Part shown: in pieces, positions 1 to 7,796 of the stretch
Position numbering within the stretch: position 1 is the stretch's first letter
How the letters are laid out: the number at the start of each line of letters is the position of its first letter
Assembly (NCBI RefSeq): GCF_000354175.2
Contig: NC_022349.1
Span: forward strand, 780,001-812,000
Origin: Vibrio alginolyticus NBRC 15630 = ATCC 17749
GTDB taxonomy: Bacteria > Pseudomonadota > Gammaproteobacteria > Enterobacterales > Vibrionaceae
Reading direction: 5' to 3'
Length of the DNA: 32,000 nt
Position numbers and translations under genes: made by a program
The notes under the pieces: model-generated
Databases searched by the model: none
Told to the model about the DNA's origin: nothing
The model's input: only the letters and a program-made list of their open reading frames with translations

Positions 1-261
1 GACCCTTCTCAATATCCAGATGCCTTCTTAAAAGGCTTGGGCTTCCACCAAATAAGTTTGGGCTCTGGTCATGTCTTTGGCGAGAGAGGGTTTGCAAGTA
101 TCGTTAATGCCGGAAAGGAAGTGTCGGAGCTATTAGAAAATGGAGAATTGGAAGTACCGAAACTGAAGATCATCGGCTTAGAGGATGTAGGTAACGCACT
201 CTTGGACATGCGAAATCAGAGAACAGTTGGAAAGATTGTCGTTAATCTGAACCAAAAATAA
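1..261 (+). CDS. C-terminal fragment of a medium-chain dehydrogenase/reductase-like (zinc-type alcohol dehydrogenase / quinone oxidoreductase-like) protein; the 5' end lies outside the window
   Basis: Frame 1 is open from nt 1 (DPSQYPDAFLKGLGFHQ...) to TAA at 259-261. The ORF track shows it only from an internal Met at 37. The tail ...NQRTVGKIVVNLNQK resembles the conserved C-terminus of MDR-family oxidoreductases. The family call rests on a short fragment only. Confidence 0.45.
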   Translation, partial: DPSQYPDAFLKGLGFHQISLGSGHVFGERGFASIVNAGKEVSELLENGELEVPKLKIIGLEDVGNALLDMRNQRTVGKIVVNLNQK

Positions 262-283
262 TTAATAAAAATCTCGAGGCAAA

Positions 284-328
284 CTGGCAAAGTAATGAGC
301 AAGTTAAAGCATCTTGTTACTTTGCCAG
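284..328. terminator. Bidirectional terminator hairpin between convergent genes
   Basis: Perfect 12-bp stem, CTGGCAAAGTAA (284-295) with TTACTTTGCCAG (317-328), plus an inner 4-bp CAAG/CTTG helix. It lies between the stop of the plus-strand fragment (261) and the stop of the minus-strand methyltransferase (409). T-rich sequence follows on the minus-strand reading (TTTGCC..ATTTTTATT). Confidence 0.55.
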
Positions 329-408
329 ATACGAAAGACCTTTATTTTATCTATAACGATGAATGAAAAACAAAATCTCTTGTCATACTTCCCTGCGCTT
401 CACCAAAA

Positions 409-1311
409 TTAGGCGTTTTCGAGAGTGTCTCTCCAAGTCGCTAGCAGTTTAATATGACGTGGTTCAATCCCACAGCAACCACCAATAATGCTTGCTCCCT
501 GCGCATGCCACGTTTTAGCATACTCAAGATATTCAGTCGGAGAGAAATGACGAACTTCCTGAATGGTCTCGTTGGCTTGGTGCGCTTGCTTTATCGGAGC
601 AAAGCTATTTGCGAAAACACCTATCGTCAATTCTCTACCTGACTCACTCAATACTGCTTGTGTATCAATGATCGCTTGCTCGACAACTTCAGGAATAGAG
701 CAATTGAAAAAGATACCTGAAACATTTGTTTTCAACAGCGTATTAACCGCGACTTTGAGAGATTCCCCTGAGCGAAGACGAGGCAAAGAGTTAGGCTCAT
801 CCATTAAGGTGAAAGCAATATAATTGGGCTTATCTGTTTTGGCTAAAATTATTGATAGAACTTCAACTTCAGCGAGGCTAGACACGGTCTCAGCTAACCA
901 AATATCAACATATTGATCTTGAGCTTCAAATAACTCAGAAGCCACTTCCAGTGCCCTTTTCGGCTCGAATAATTCAGGCCTGTAAGACCCCATTACAGGA
1001 GGAAGAGAACCCGCAACGAGCACTCTATCGTTAGAGCTGGTGACTACATCTCTGGCAATTTTAGCAGCAGATTTTGCTAACTCAGTCCCTCGCTTTGCAT
1101 AGAGTTCCTCGCCTAAGTGAAATGGAACACATGCATAACTGTTGACAGTGACAATCTCTGCGCCAGCGTCTATGAAATTCTCATGGGCCATTTTTACATA
1201 TTGTGGTGATTCAATTAGCGCTTGTGCACTCCAAAGCGGCTGAGAAAAAGGGGCGCCAATACGTTTCAACTCTCGCCCCATGCCACCATCTAAAATTGTT
1301 ACTTTCTTCAT
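409..1311 (-). CDS. Homocysteine S-methyltransferase family protein (MmuM/YagD-like, zinc-dependent thiol methyltransferase)
   Basis: 300-aa ORF with an ATG start. N-terminal ILDGGMGREL... and the C-terminal GGCCGIEPRHI motif, plus an upstream NCS cysteine, match the Zn-binding Cys triad layout of the Hcy S-methyltransferase domain. The ORF is collinear with E. coli MmuM as I remember it. Confidence 0.75.
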   Translation of the reverse strand: MKKVTILDGGMGRELKRIGAPFSQPLWSAQALIESPQYVKMAHENFIDAGAEIVTVNSYACVPFHLGEELYAKRGTELAKSAAKIARDVVTSSNDRVLVAGSLPPVMGSYRPELFEPKRALEVASELFEAQDQYVDIWLAETVSSLAEVEVLSIILAKTDKPNYIAFTLMDEPNSLPRLRSGESLKVAVNTLLKTNVSGIFFNCSIPEVVEQAIIDTQAVLSESGRELTIGVFANSFAPIKQAHQANETIQEVRHFSPTEYLEYAKTWHAQGASIIGGCCGIEPRHIKLLATWRDTLENA

Positions 1312-1550
1312 TTAGACATCCATACCGCCAAACATCCATAAGCTCTATTCAAACACAATTTTTATCAATTCAAAATGAAATTGTTATGTTTAAAGTGAAC
1401 AAAGACTTAATGGCTGATTAAACACTTTAGTATTTACCAGACCTTTCATTCGGACCAAGCTAATGTTATCGCCATTAACTTCGAGTAAAAAGCCCATTAT
1501 CTATGTCTCTCGGCGAGGCGAACGTTACGAGCCACAATAGTGCATGAAGT

Positions 1551-1587
1551 GATTGAGGGACTCGCCCTCAATCAAATTTTCTTTTTA
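1551..1587 (+). terminator. Hairpin plus U-tract oriented for the plus strand (orphan); alternatively a non-canonical 3' hairpin of the minus-strand ABC operon
   Basis: 9-bp stem GATTGAGGG (1551-1559) with CCCTCAATC (1565-1573) and loop ACTCG. On the plus strand it is followed by AAATTTTCTTTTTATT. On the minus strand the sequence after the hairpin (ACTTCATGC) is not U-rich. Confidence 0.35.
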
Positions 1588-2322
1588 TTATAAGACTTTA
1601 GATAAAAACTTCTGCAATCTAGGGTTGGTGGGGTTATCAAAAAATCGCTCAGGAGAGTCAGAAACCAAAAGCTCACCATCTTCCATAAACAACACCCTAT
1701 CAGCGACCTCTTTTGCGAAACCCATTTCATGAGTAACCACGACCATCGTCATTCCGTCCTTGGCCAAATCTTTCATCACATCAAGAACTTCTCCAACCAT
1801 TTCAGGGTCTAGTGCTGATGTGGGTTCATCAAACAACATAATATTGGGCTTCATTGCTAACGCACGAGCGATTGCGACGCGCTGCTGCTGTCCACCTGAT
1901 AAATGATTAGGATAATTATCCATTCTCTCCGACAGACCGACTTTATAAAGCAAATCTTTTGCTTCTTTCTTCATCGATTCAGGGTCACGTTTAGAAACCT
2001 TTAAAGGTGCTAACATGACGTTCTCTATCGCCGTTTTATGTGGAAAAAGGTTGAAGCCTTGAAATACCATGCCCACATCAGCGCGTAGTTTATTGATATC
2101 CGTAGATTTGTGGTACATATCGATACCATCTACGATTATAGACCCACTATTTATTGTCTCTAATTGATTGATCGTCCGTAAGAATGTTGACTTACCAGAA
2201 CCTGACGGTCCTACGATGACAATCACTTCCCCTTTTTCTACATTTACCGATACGTCCTTGAGCGCATGGCAGCCATTAGGGTAAATTTTATTAATTGTTT
2301 TTGCTGAAATAATGTATTCCAT
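1588..2322 (-). CDS. Polar amino-acid ABC transporter ATP-binding protein (GlnQ/ArtP type)
   Basis: Walker [13 protein letters not shown] signature [15 protein letters not shown], Walker [13 protein letters not shown]-loop VTHEM. Start set at ATG 2322 (GGTGGAG lies 6 nt upstream; the 244-aa product matches GlnQ-type length). The ORF-track start at 2337 overlaps the permease stop by 1 nt and remains possible. Confidence 0.9.
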   Translation of the reverse strand: MEYIISAKTINKIYPNGCHALKDVSVNVEKGEVIVIVGPSGSGKSTFLRTINQLETINSGSIIVDGIDMYHKSTDINKLRADVGMVFQGFNLFPHKTAIENVMLAPLKVSKRDPESMKKEAKDLLYKVGLSERMDNYPNHLSGGQQQRVAIARALAMKPNIMLFDEPTSALDPEMVGEVLDVMKDLAKDGMTMVVVTHEMGFAKEVADRVLFMEDGELLVSDSPERFFDNPTNPRLQKFLSKVL

Positions 2323-2336
2323 TAATGACTCCACCA

Positions 2337-3284
2337 TTAATCACTTGCTGCCAATTTCTTTTCTAACGTTTGTATTGCCCAAGATAAGGTACTAGTCAGA
2401 AGCAAATAAAGGGCCGCTACGGTAAACCAAACTTCAAATGGGGCAAAACTACCACTTACGACTTCCCTGCCCGCTTTTGTCAGATCAGTAATCGAAATCA
2501 CGGAGACAAGTGAGGAATCTTTTATCAGGTTGATAAACTGCCCGGCTAAGGGAGGTAATGTCTGCTTAAACGCTTGAGGTAAAATGACATAAATCATCGC
2601 TTTGGGATAATTCATTCCTAGTGAACGCGCCGCTTCCATTTGTCCTCTTGGGATTGACTGGATTCCTGACCGCACAATTTCTGCGACATAAGCGGCGGTA
2701 AACACGGAGAGCGCTATCACTCCCGCAGTAAAACGCTCAAGGTCAAGCACAGTACCAATAAAGAAGTAAACGATAAAAATCTGTACTAAAAGAGGCGTTC
2801 CACGAATGACCTCGACATACACAAGCGCCAGCTTTTTTAATGCCGGATTGCTGGATATACGCATTAGTCCGACAACTAAGCCCAACGCTAGAGCAATGAT
2901 AAGTGACCAGAGCGAGATTTTAATTGTCGTCACAACACCATCTAAAATTGGGCCAGAGCGCCACTCTTTTATAGTTGCTAAGGTATCTCCTTCAAAAATA
3001 AGATCACCTTCATAGACGTCCACAGACTTATATTGGCTTAGTTCAAGAACAATATCACCATGAATACTCTCCAGAGCCAGTTGGTTATTCTCGTCGAGAA
3101 TGATGTTCCCATCGACAGGCGCGGTAATGGATGAAGCAGCGTTAGTGGCAATATAAGGAAGGACACGCTCCCAATTCCAGCTGTAATCGATTCGCTTACC
3201 TGACAGATAGACAAGACCGCAAATTGATAGCAAAACAAGAACAAAAACAGCGTTCCACAATAGGGATTTAAAGTTATTTTGCAT
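2337..3284 (-). CDS. Amino-acid ABC transporter permease (His/Glu/Gln/Arg/opine family) with a ~100-aa N-terminal TM-plus-periplasmic extension
   Basis: 315-aa ORF. It carries an EAA-loop region ([25 protein letters not shown]) and multiple hydrophobic spans. The first ~110 aa are one TM followed by a soluble acidic segment that minimal permeases of this family lack. Confidence 0.85.
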   Translation of the reverse strand: MQNNFKSLLWNAVFVLVLLSICGLVYLSGKRIDYSWNWERVLPYIATNAASSITAPVDGNIILDENNQLALESIHGDIVLELSQYKSVDVYEGDLIFEGDTLATIKEWRSGPILDGVVTTIKISLWSLIIALALGLVVGLMRISSNPALKKLALVYVEVIRGTPLLVQIFIVYFFIGTVLDLERFTAGVIALSVFTAAYVAEIVRSGIQSIPRGQMEAARSLGMNYPKAMIYVILPQAFKQTLPPLAGQFINLIKDSSLVSVISITDLTKAGREVVSGSFAPFEVWFTVAALYLLLTSTLSWAIQTLEKKLAASD

Positions 3285-3337
3285 GTGATTCCGAGAATGA
3301 CTTTGATTAAAGTTGGTTGGGTATTTGAATAAAGAAA

Positions 3338-3399
3338 AGCGTTAGCTTCACAGCACGAACCGTTTGGTTGGCGATGAACCGAGCCAGAAGCTAACCGCT
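3338..3399 (-). other. Intercistronic stem-loop between the binding-protein and permease genes
   Basis: 9-bp perfect stem GTTAGCTTC (3341-3349) with GAAGCTAAC (3387-3395), extendable by 3 bp across a 1-nt bulge. It sits in the 135-bp gap between two co-oriented ABC genes. Confidence 0.4.
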
Positions 3400-3419
3400 C
3401 CTCTACAATAACAATATGA

Positions 3420-4208
3420 TTACTTGACTTGCTTTAACCATTTATCGTCGTTAAACCACTTATCGTAAATGCGATCGTAAGTTCCATCGCCCTTAATTTG
3501 ACGTAAATAGTTGTTTAAGAAGTTAAGCGTATCTGGATTTCCTTGCGGCACAGCCCAACCCAAAGGCTCGTAAGTAAACGGTTTAGCCAAGTGCATTAAC
3601 TGCCCTTTGTTTTCCGCCACATAAATAGAGTTGTAAGGAAAGTCATAAACAAACGCATCTACCTTTCCGTTGGCAACCTCAAGTACCGCTTCAGACTGAG
3701 TTTCGTATAGATTTATCTTAGCTTTCGGAAGGTATCGTTTTACCGCTTGCTCACCCGTTGTCCCAAGCTTAGTTGCAACAACATAATCTGGACTATTGAG
3801 ATCACGGTAACTAGACACTTTACCTTCATGCTTGAGATCTACGAGAATAGATTGACCAATAACCACATAGGGATCAGCGAAATTCACCTGAGTATTTCGC
3901 ATAGGTGTGATAGTCATCCCGCCCATAATCATGTGACACTTACCAGTCAACAGTGTTGGGATAATGCCATCCCATGAAGTGTTTACCGGCACAAACTTAA
4001 CATCCATGGCACGCGCCATTTGCTTACCCAAATCGATATCAAACCCGATGTACTGCCCATTTTTTGCTGTCATTTCAAAAGGCATATACCCAGAATCAAA
4101 GCAGACTTTTAGCTCCCCTGTACTTTTGATGTCGTCTAAAATTGGGTCTGCATTAACCGTCGTCGAAACAGCTAACCCCAGTGCAGCAAAACACAATAAC
4201 TTTTTCAT
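3420..4208 (-). CDS. Periplasmic polar amino-acid-binding protein (SBP family 3) of the ABC importer
   Basis: 262-aa ORF with signal peptide MKKLLCFAALGLAVSTTVNA|DP. The layout is typical of family 3 SBPs (GELKVCFDSGYMPFE..., GFDIDL..., WDGIIP.L..GK.D...GGMTIT..R). It is the first gene of the minus-strand cluster SBP-permease-ATPase. Confidence 0.85.
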   Translation of the reverse strand: MKKLLCFAALGLAVSTTVNADPILDDIKSTGELKVCFDSGYMPFEMTAKNGQYIGFDIDLGKQMARAMDVKFVPVNTSWDGIIPTLLTGKCHMIMGGMTITPMRNTQVNFADPYVVIGQSILVDLKHEGKVSSYRDLNSPDYVVATKLGTTGEQAVKRYLPKAKINLYETQSEAVLEVANGKVDAFVYDFPYNSIYVAENKGQLMHLAKPFTYEPLGWAVPQGNPDTLNFLNNYLRQIKGDGTYDRIYDKWFNDDKWLKQVK

Positions 4209-4351
4209 GGATATTCCTTTATCATTTGTTGTAAAGTTTTTTTATACACGACAATAGAATAAAAAACCACAAACAATGACTTTTTAATCACTAGAATTTG
4301 TAGGATCGTTACTAAGCTGGAAGATCTGAATGAAAATCTATACCAAGCCAT

Positions 4352-4366
4352 TGCAATTGAATTGCA
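4352..4366. promoter_or_regulatory. Perfect 15-bp palindrome TGCAATT-G-AATTGCA (candidate operator; regulator unknown)
   Basis: Read directly at 4352-4366, in the 460-bp divergent intergenic region between the ABC operon and the small secreted-protein gene. Confidence 0.3.
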
Positions 4367-4558
4367 TGCATTAAGTGATTAAGTTGTAGGCAGGTCACTA
4401 TAACGACAAGAAACATACGCTTTGACTGAATAGTCAGCGTTTCCGAGAGTGGTTTAATTATTAACGAAACCATACAGATATTCGCTTTTTCACATTGACC
4501 GTAATGTCAAAAGTGCTTGAGTTTTATTGTTGACAATTCTTCCATAGTCAATGGTCAC

Positions 4559-4580
4559 AAATGTGATGTACAGCACATTT
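4559..4580. promoter_or_regulatory. Near-consensus CRP (cAMP receptor protein) binding site
   Basis: AAATGTGATGTACAGCACATTT matches the 22-bp CRP consensus AAATGTGATCTAGATCACATTT at 19 of 22 positions. The left half-site is perfect and the right core is GCACA instead of TCACA. A TATAAT hexamer lies at 4582-4587. Confidence 0.6.
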
Positions 4581-4669
4581 CTATAATGGCACTATCACCT
4601 TTGTCGAGAGATATTAACAAGGATTCGTTGGACATCTTGACTTTGTAATACAAATAAAAAGGTGACTAT

Positions 4670-5014
4670 ATGAAAAAACTAATGACGCTCTCATCACTAT
4701 TATTATTCAGTTTATCTGCTACTGCTGGTATTCATATCGAACACTCTACAAACAAAGTTGTTCTCAATGACTTTACGACAAAAGATGCCGCTTATAGCTC
4801 TGCGTTTGATCTTGTCGATGAATACCAAACGCTATCAAAACATGAACTTAGAAATCGTCTAAACATCATTGGAAGCGGTTTCCCTCGTGATATTGCAATC
4901 GATGATAGTAAGGTGAGAGTTGAAGAGTACGCACTTAACCGTGATGAAGTTAAATATCGTGCAATCATAAACTTCGATTATCACTTCAGAACAAGTGACG
5001 GCGGTAAAAACTAA
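4670..5014 (+). CDS. Small secreted/periplasmic protein of unknown function
   Basis: 114-aa ORF with a good SD (AAAAAGGTGA, 5 nt before the ATG). Signal peptide MKKLMTLSSLLLFSLSATA|GIH. The mature ~95-aa part is hydrophilic. I recognised no family motif. Confidence 0.7.
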   Translation: MKKLMTLSSLLLFSLSATAGIHIEHSTNKVVLNDFTTKDAAYSSAFDLVDEYQTLSKHELRNRLNIIGSGFPRDIAIDDSKVRVEEYALNRDEVKYRAIINFDYHFRTSDGGKN

Positions 5015-5025
5015 AAAATCATCTG

Positions 5026-5072
5026 CACCTTTACTTTCTTAGAGCCCTTCCTATTTTAAGAAAGTAAAGGTG
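5026..5072 (+). terminator. Long perfect hairpin just downstream of the small secreted-protein gene (terminator-like, no U-tract)
   Basis: 16-bp perfect stem CACCTTTACTTTCTTA (5026-5041) with TAAGAAAGTAAAGGTG (5057-5072) and a 15-nt loop. It starts 12 nt after the stop codon. The following sequence (TCTAATCAC) is not U-rich. Confidence 0.4.
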
Positions 5073-5387
5073 TCTAATCACATTGAAACGACTGCTTTTC
5101 ATAAATCGCTCTCTCCTTACATAAACAGTATCAATCCCTACCTCTATCGTTTACATAAAAATCATTTTTCCAATCTTCATTGAGATACATTTCGTCGTTT
5201 GGCGCTTTATCATTCACTTGGTTCGCCATATGGATTCCACATCACTTAAATGAAAAAGACCCTTGAAATTGAGTTTAATTTTCTATGAAGATTAACTAAA
5301 TCTAAGATCGACAATTGTCGTTACATTTTTCTCGTTTATAGCAATATATAAAACTACTCTTTTCGTTTTAATTAACCATAAAGCGTG

Positions 5388-5423
5388 AAAATAAAAAAAG
5401 GCAACAAGACACTTCTTGTTGCC
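5388..5423 (-). terminator. Rho-independent terminator on the minus strand (second terminator downstream of the porin gene)
   Basis: On the minus strand the 9-bp stem GGCAACAAG/CTTGTTGCC (plus-strand 5400-5408 with 5415-5423) has a 6-nt loop and is followed by TTTTTTTATTTTC. Confidence 0.6.
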
Positions 5424-5574
5424 AAAGAAAAAATACATCATTCAAAAAATATGAAAATGAAAACTAGCAGTGGACTAGCTAACAAAACCATTATATTCAA
5501 AACACTTAAACAAGTAACGATCAATATAATCCATTATATATGGATGAAAATCAGCACTTATGAAGTTACACCGA

Positions 5575-5612
5575 TAAATAAAAAAGCCTGAAAATAGTTT
5601 CAGGCTTTTTAG
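5575..5612. terminator. Bidirectional rho-independent terminator immediately after the porin gene
   Basis: Stem AAGCCTGAAA (5584-5593) with TTTCAGGCTT (5598-5607), loop ATAG, flanked by an A-run upstream and a T-run downstream. The minus-strand reading ends in TTTTTTATTTAT. It lies 14 nt from the porin stop (5626). Confidence 0.8.
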
Positions 5613-5625
5613 CTTTATTAATTTT

Positions 5626-6600
5626 TTAGAATGAATATCTCGCAGCTATTGCAAGAATATCGTCTTCATTGTCTACATCTGTAATTCTGTATTCTGCTAG
5701 TGCTTTAAAATTAGAAGTCAAATCGTACTCTGCACCTAGTGAGTAGTAATCGACGACGTCTTCATCATCACGCTCTAGATTGTTATAGCCAACAAGTGCC
5801 CAAAGCTTATCTGTTATTTCATAAGTGGCAACTGCTTCAATACCGGTGTAATCAATATTACTTTCAGAACCATCTTTAGCCCAGTTTTCACCATCACTGT
5901 ATAAAACAGAGGCATAAAACTTGTCGTATTCAAATGCAATAGCACCCGTTAGCAGCTCTGCATCTTCTGCACCCGATTGCCCTTCACCTTCGTTGTAACC
6001 AAGCGCAACTTTGAAGCCATATGGCAACTTGTAGTCCGCCGCCGCACCATAAGAGGCTGCATCTGTTGACACTTCATCGTTTTCAGCCTGATAGCTAACA
6101 TGAATATTCAAACCTTCATAGCTTGTCGTTAGCTTAAATACTGAATCGGAGCGACCGGTACCATATAGATCCGCACTTACGCCAGCAGCTTCATTACCAA
6201 ACTCCGGGAAAATATCCGTGTAATCAGATACTAAAGTGACCGCACCGTATTGACGTCCATAACTTACTGTTCCGTAATCTGCACCAACTCCTACATAGCC
6301 TTTTCGGATATCAAATTCATCATCTTCAATCCCATCAGCATCTCTGCGATTAGACTTAAATTCCAACTCATATAAGCCGAATGCATAAAGATCTTCATTT
6401 ATTTTAGACTCACCTGAAAGTCCTACACGAATGTAGCTATTATCTCCGTCAGCATTTTTATCATCAGAGAAATAATACATCCCTTGCGCTCGGCCATGAA
6501 TATTTAATACTGATTCTTGATCTTCATAAACTACGGCTGAATTTGCAGCACTTGCAGAAAAAAGTGCTGCGATTGCGATCGACGTTCTTGTCATTTTCAT
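5626..6600 (-). CDS. Outer-membrane general porin (gram-negative porin family)
   Basis: 324-aa ORF with signal peptide MKMTRTSIAIAALFSASAANSA|VVYE. It is Gly/Tyr/Asp-rich with an alternating beta-strand pattern and ends in ...AIAARYSF, the aromatic C-terminal residue typical of OM beta-barrels. Confidence 0.85.
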   Translation of the reverse strand: MKMTRTSIAIAALFSASAANSAVVYEDQESVLNIHGRAQGMYYFSDDKNADGDNSYIRVGLSGESKINEDLYAFGLYELEFKSNRRDADGIEDDEFDIRKGYVGVGADYGTVSYGRQYGAVTLVSDYTDIFPEFGNEAAGVSADLYGTGRSDSVFKLTTSYEGLNIHVSYQAENDEVSTDAASYGAAADYKLPYGFKVALGYNEGEGQSGAEDAELLTGAIAFEYDKFYASVLYSDGENWAKDGSESNIDYTGIEAVATYEITDKLWALVGYNNLERDDEDVVDYYSLGAEYDLTSNFKALAEYRITDVDNEDDILAIAARYSF

Positions 6601-6740
6601 TTAATTACCACTACTTATGTTGTTTGAATCGAGTGAGATTATGAACAGTGGCAATTATTTTTAAAGTGCAAATTCAACCATATTCTATGGATAAATATAA
6701 ACAAGCCCTCAATCTAAAACATTATGTCCTAGTACTCATA

Positions 6741-7664
6741 TTAGTCGAGATAATCCATCCAAACAGGAGGCGTTCCTATTATTTTTTGAACAGTATCAAT
6801 GAACAGTTTGGCTAATGGTTGTTGATTTCGGTGAGTATACATTGCATATATTTCCCCTATTGCGGGAAGATTATAATCAGGAAGCAACTGGACAAGATCT
6901 TGTTTACTCAAACTCTCCTGAAGAAAGAACTGCCCTATTAAAGCATACCCTAGATCAGATTTTACGGCATCGAGCATTAACTCAGTTTCATTCACGAAGT
7001 ACTGCCCGTTGATATTATACGTTCTAACGTCGCTTGATGACTGGCTTGGCGCTATACGTAGCTTATCCGCCTTAAAGTTAGCATTAGAGTATATTACTGC
7101 TGGCATTTTTATAAGCTCTTCTGGAGAGCTCGGAGTTCCATACTTGTCAATAAAACTCTTTGATGCAACCAGTGCCATATTATTGCTTGCCAACTTACGT
7201 ACTATCATGTTGGACTCTCGGATTGGTCCGATACGAAACACAACGTCAAAACCTTCGTGGATAACATCGACTCGATTATCATCGAGCAGCAGCTCTACAG
7301 TAATGTTTGGGTACTGTTTTATAAACTCTTTAACTGCCTGATTTAAGTATGCTCTGCCAAAGAAAGTGGAGCTTGATATTTTCAAGTTACCCTTCGGTTC
7401 ATCCTGAAATGTAGCAGCAATACTACGAGTTTCGGTTAGAACCTCTCTTACTTTCTTGGCTTGCGCCACCATCTCAACACCTGCATTGGTCAGGGATAGC
7501 GAACGCGTGGAACGGTTTAACAGCCGTAAGCCCAATTCATCCTCTAGCTTTTTGATCTGTTTTGACAAAGCTGAACGATCTATATGATTTCTGTCAGCAG
7601 CTTTAGCAAAAGTTCCGTATTCAGAGACATCCAGTAGTAATTCAAGTTGGCTTGCGAGATCCAC
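6741..7664 (-). CDS. LysR-family transcriptional regulator (paralog of the 12511-13440 gene), divergent from the RND operon
   Basis: 307-aa ORF with a GTG start. N-terminal wHTH (FAKAADRNHIDRSALSKQIKKLEDELGLRLLNRSTRSLSLTNAG) followed by an LTTR effector domain. Confidence 0.85.
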   Translation of the reverse strand: MDLASQLELLLDVSEYGTFAKAADRNHIDRSALSKQIKKLEDELGLRLLNRSTRSLSLTNAGVEMVAQAKKVREVLTETRSIAATFQDEPKGNLKISSSTFFGRAYLNQAVKEFIKQYPNITVELLLDDNRVDVIHEGFDVVFRIGPIRESNMIVRKLASNNMALVASKSFIDKYGTPSSPEELIKMPAVIYSNANFKADKLRIAPSQSSSDVRTYNINGQYFVNETELMLDAVKSDLGYALIGQFFLQESLSKQDLVQLLPDYNLPAIGEIYAMYTHRNQQPLAKLFIDTVQKIIGTPPVWMDYLD

Positions 7665-7748
7665 TGCACAATTCCTTATTTAGTTTTTATTCTTTATGTG
7701 ATGGGAAATGGATTTTACAAAATTAATTTCAATTTTTTATGGTTCAAA

Positions 7749-7796
7749 TTGCATCAGTGAATTGCAAATAATGCACGAATTAAAAACGCTTTAATT
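7749..7796. promoter_or_regulatory. Two adjacent dyads in the LysR/RND divergent promoter region (candidate LTTR operators)
   Basis: TTGCA-N9-TGCAA lies at 7749-7767. AATTAAA-N5-TTTAATT lies at 7778-7796, and its inner positions fit the LTTR T-N11-A rule (T7781...A7793). The AT-rich context lowers specificity. Confidence 0.35.

Noticed and set aside
4209-4345. MetJ boxes (AGACGTCT repeats) upstream of the ABC importer linked to the Hcy methyltransferase
   Set aside because: The best candidates (AGATCTGA, AAATCTAT around 4321-4342) match only about 4 of 8 positions and are not in tandem register. This is not convincing.
4586-4604. Sigma-54 promoter (TGGCAC-N5-TTGC) at TGGCACTATCACCTTTG
   Set aside because: The -24 element TGGCAC is present, but the -12 position reads CCTT rather than TTGC, and no spacing variant restores the GC dinucleotide.
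5385-5591. 68-aa Lys-rich plus-strand ORF in the porin-downstream gap
   Set aside because: It has a GTG start without an SD and an extreme Lys/Ile/Asn composition driven by AT-rich DNA. It runs through a terminator hairpin (5400-5423) and into another (5584-5607). It is more likely non-coding.
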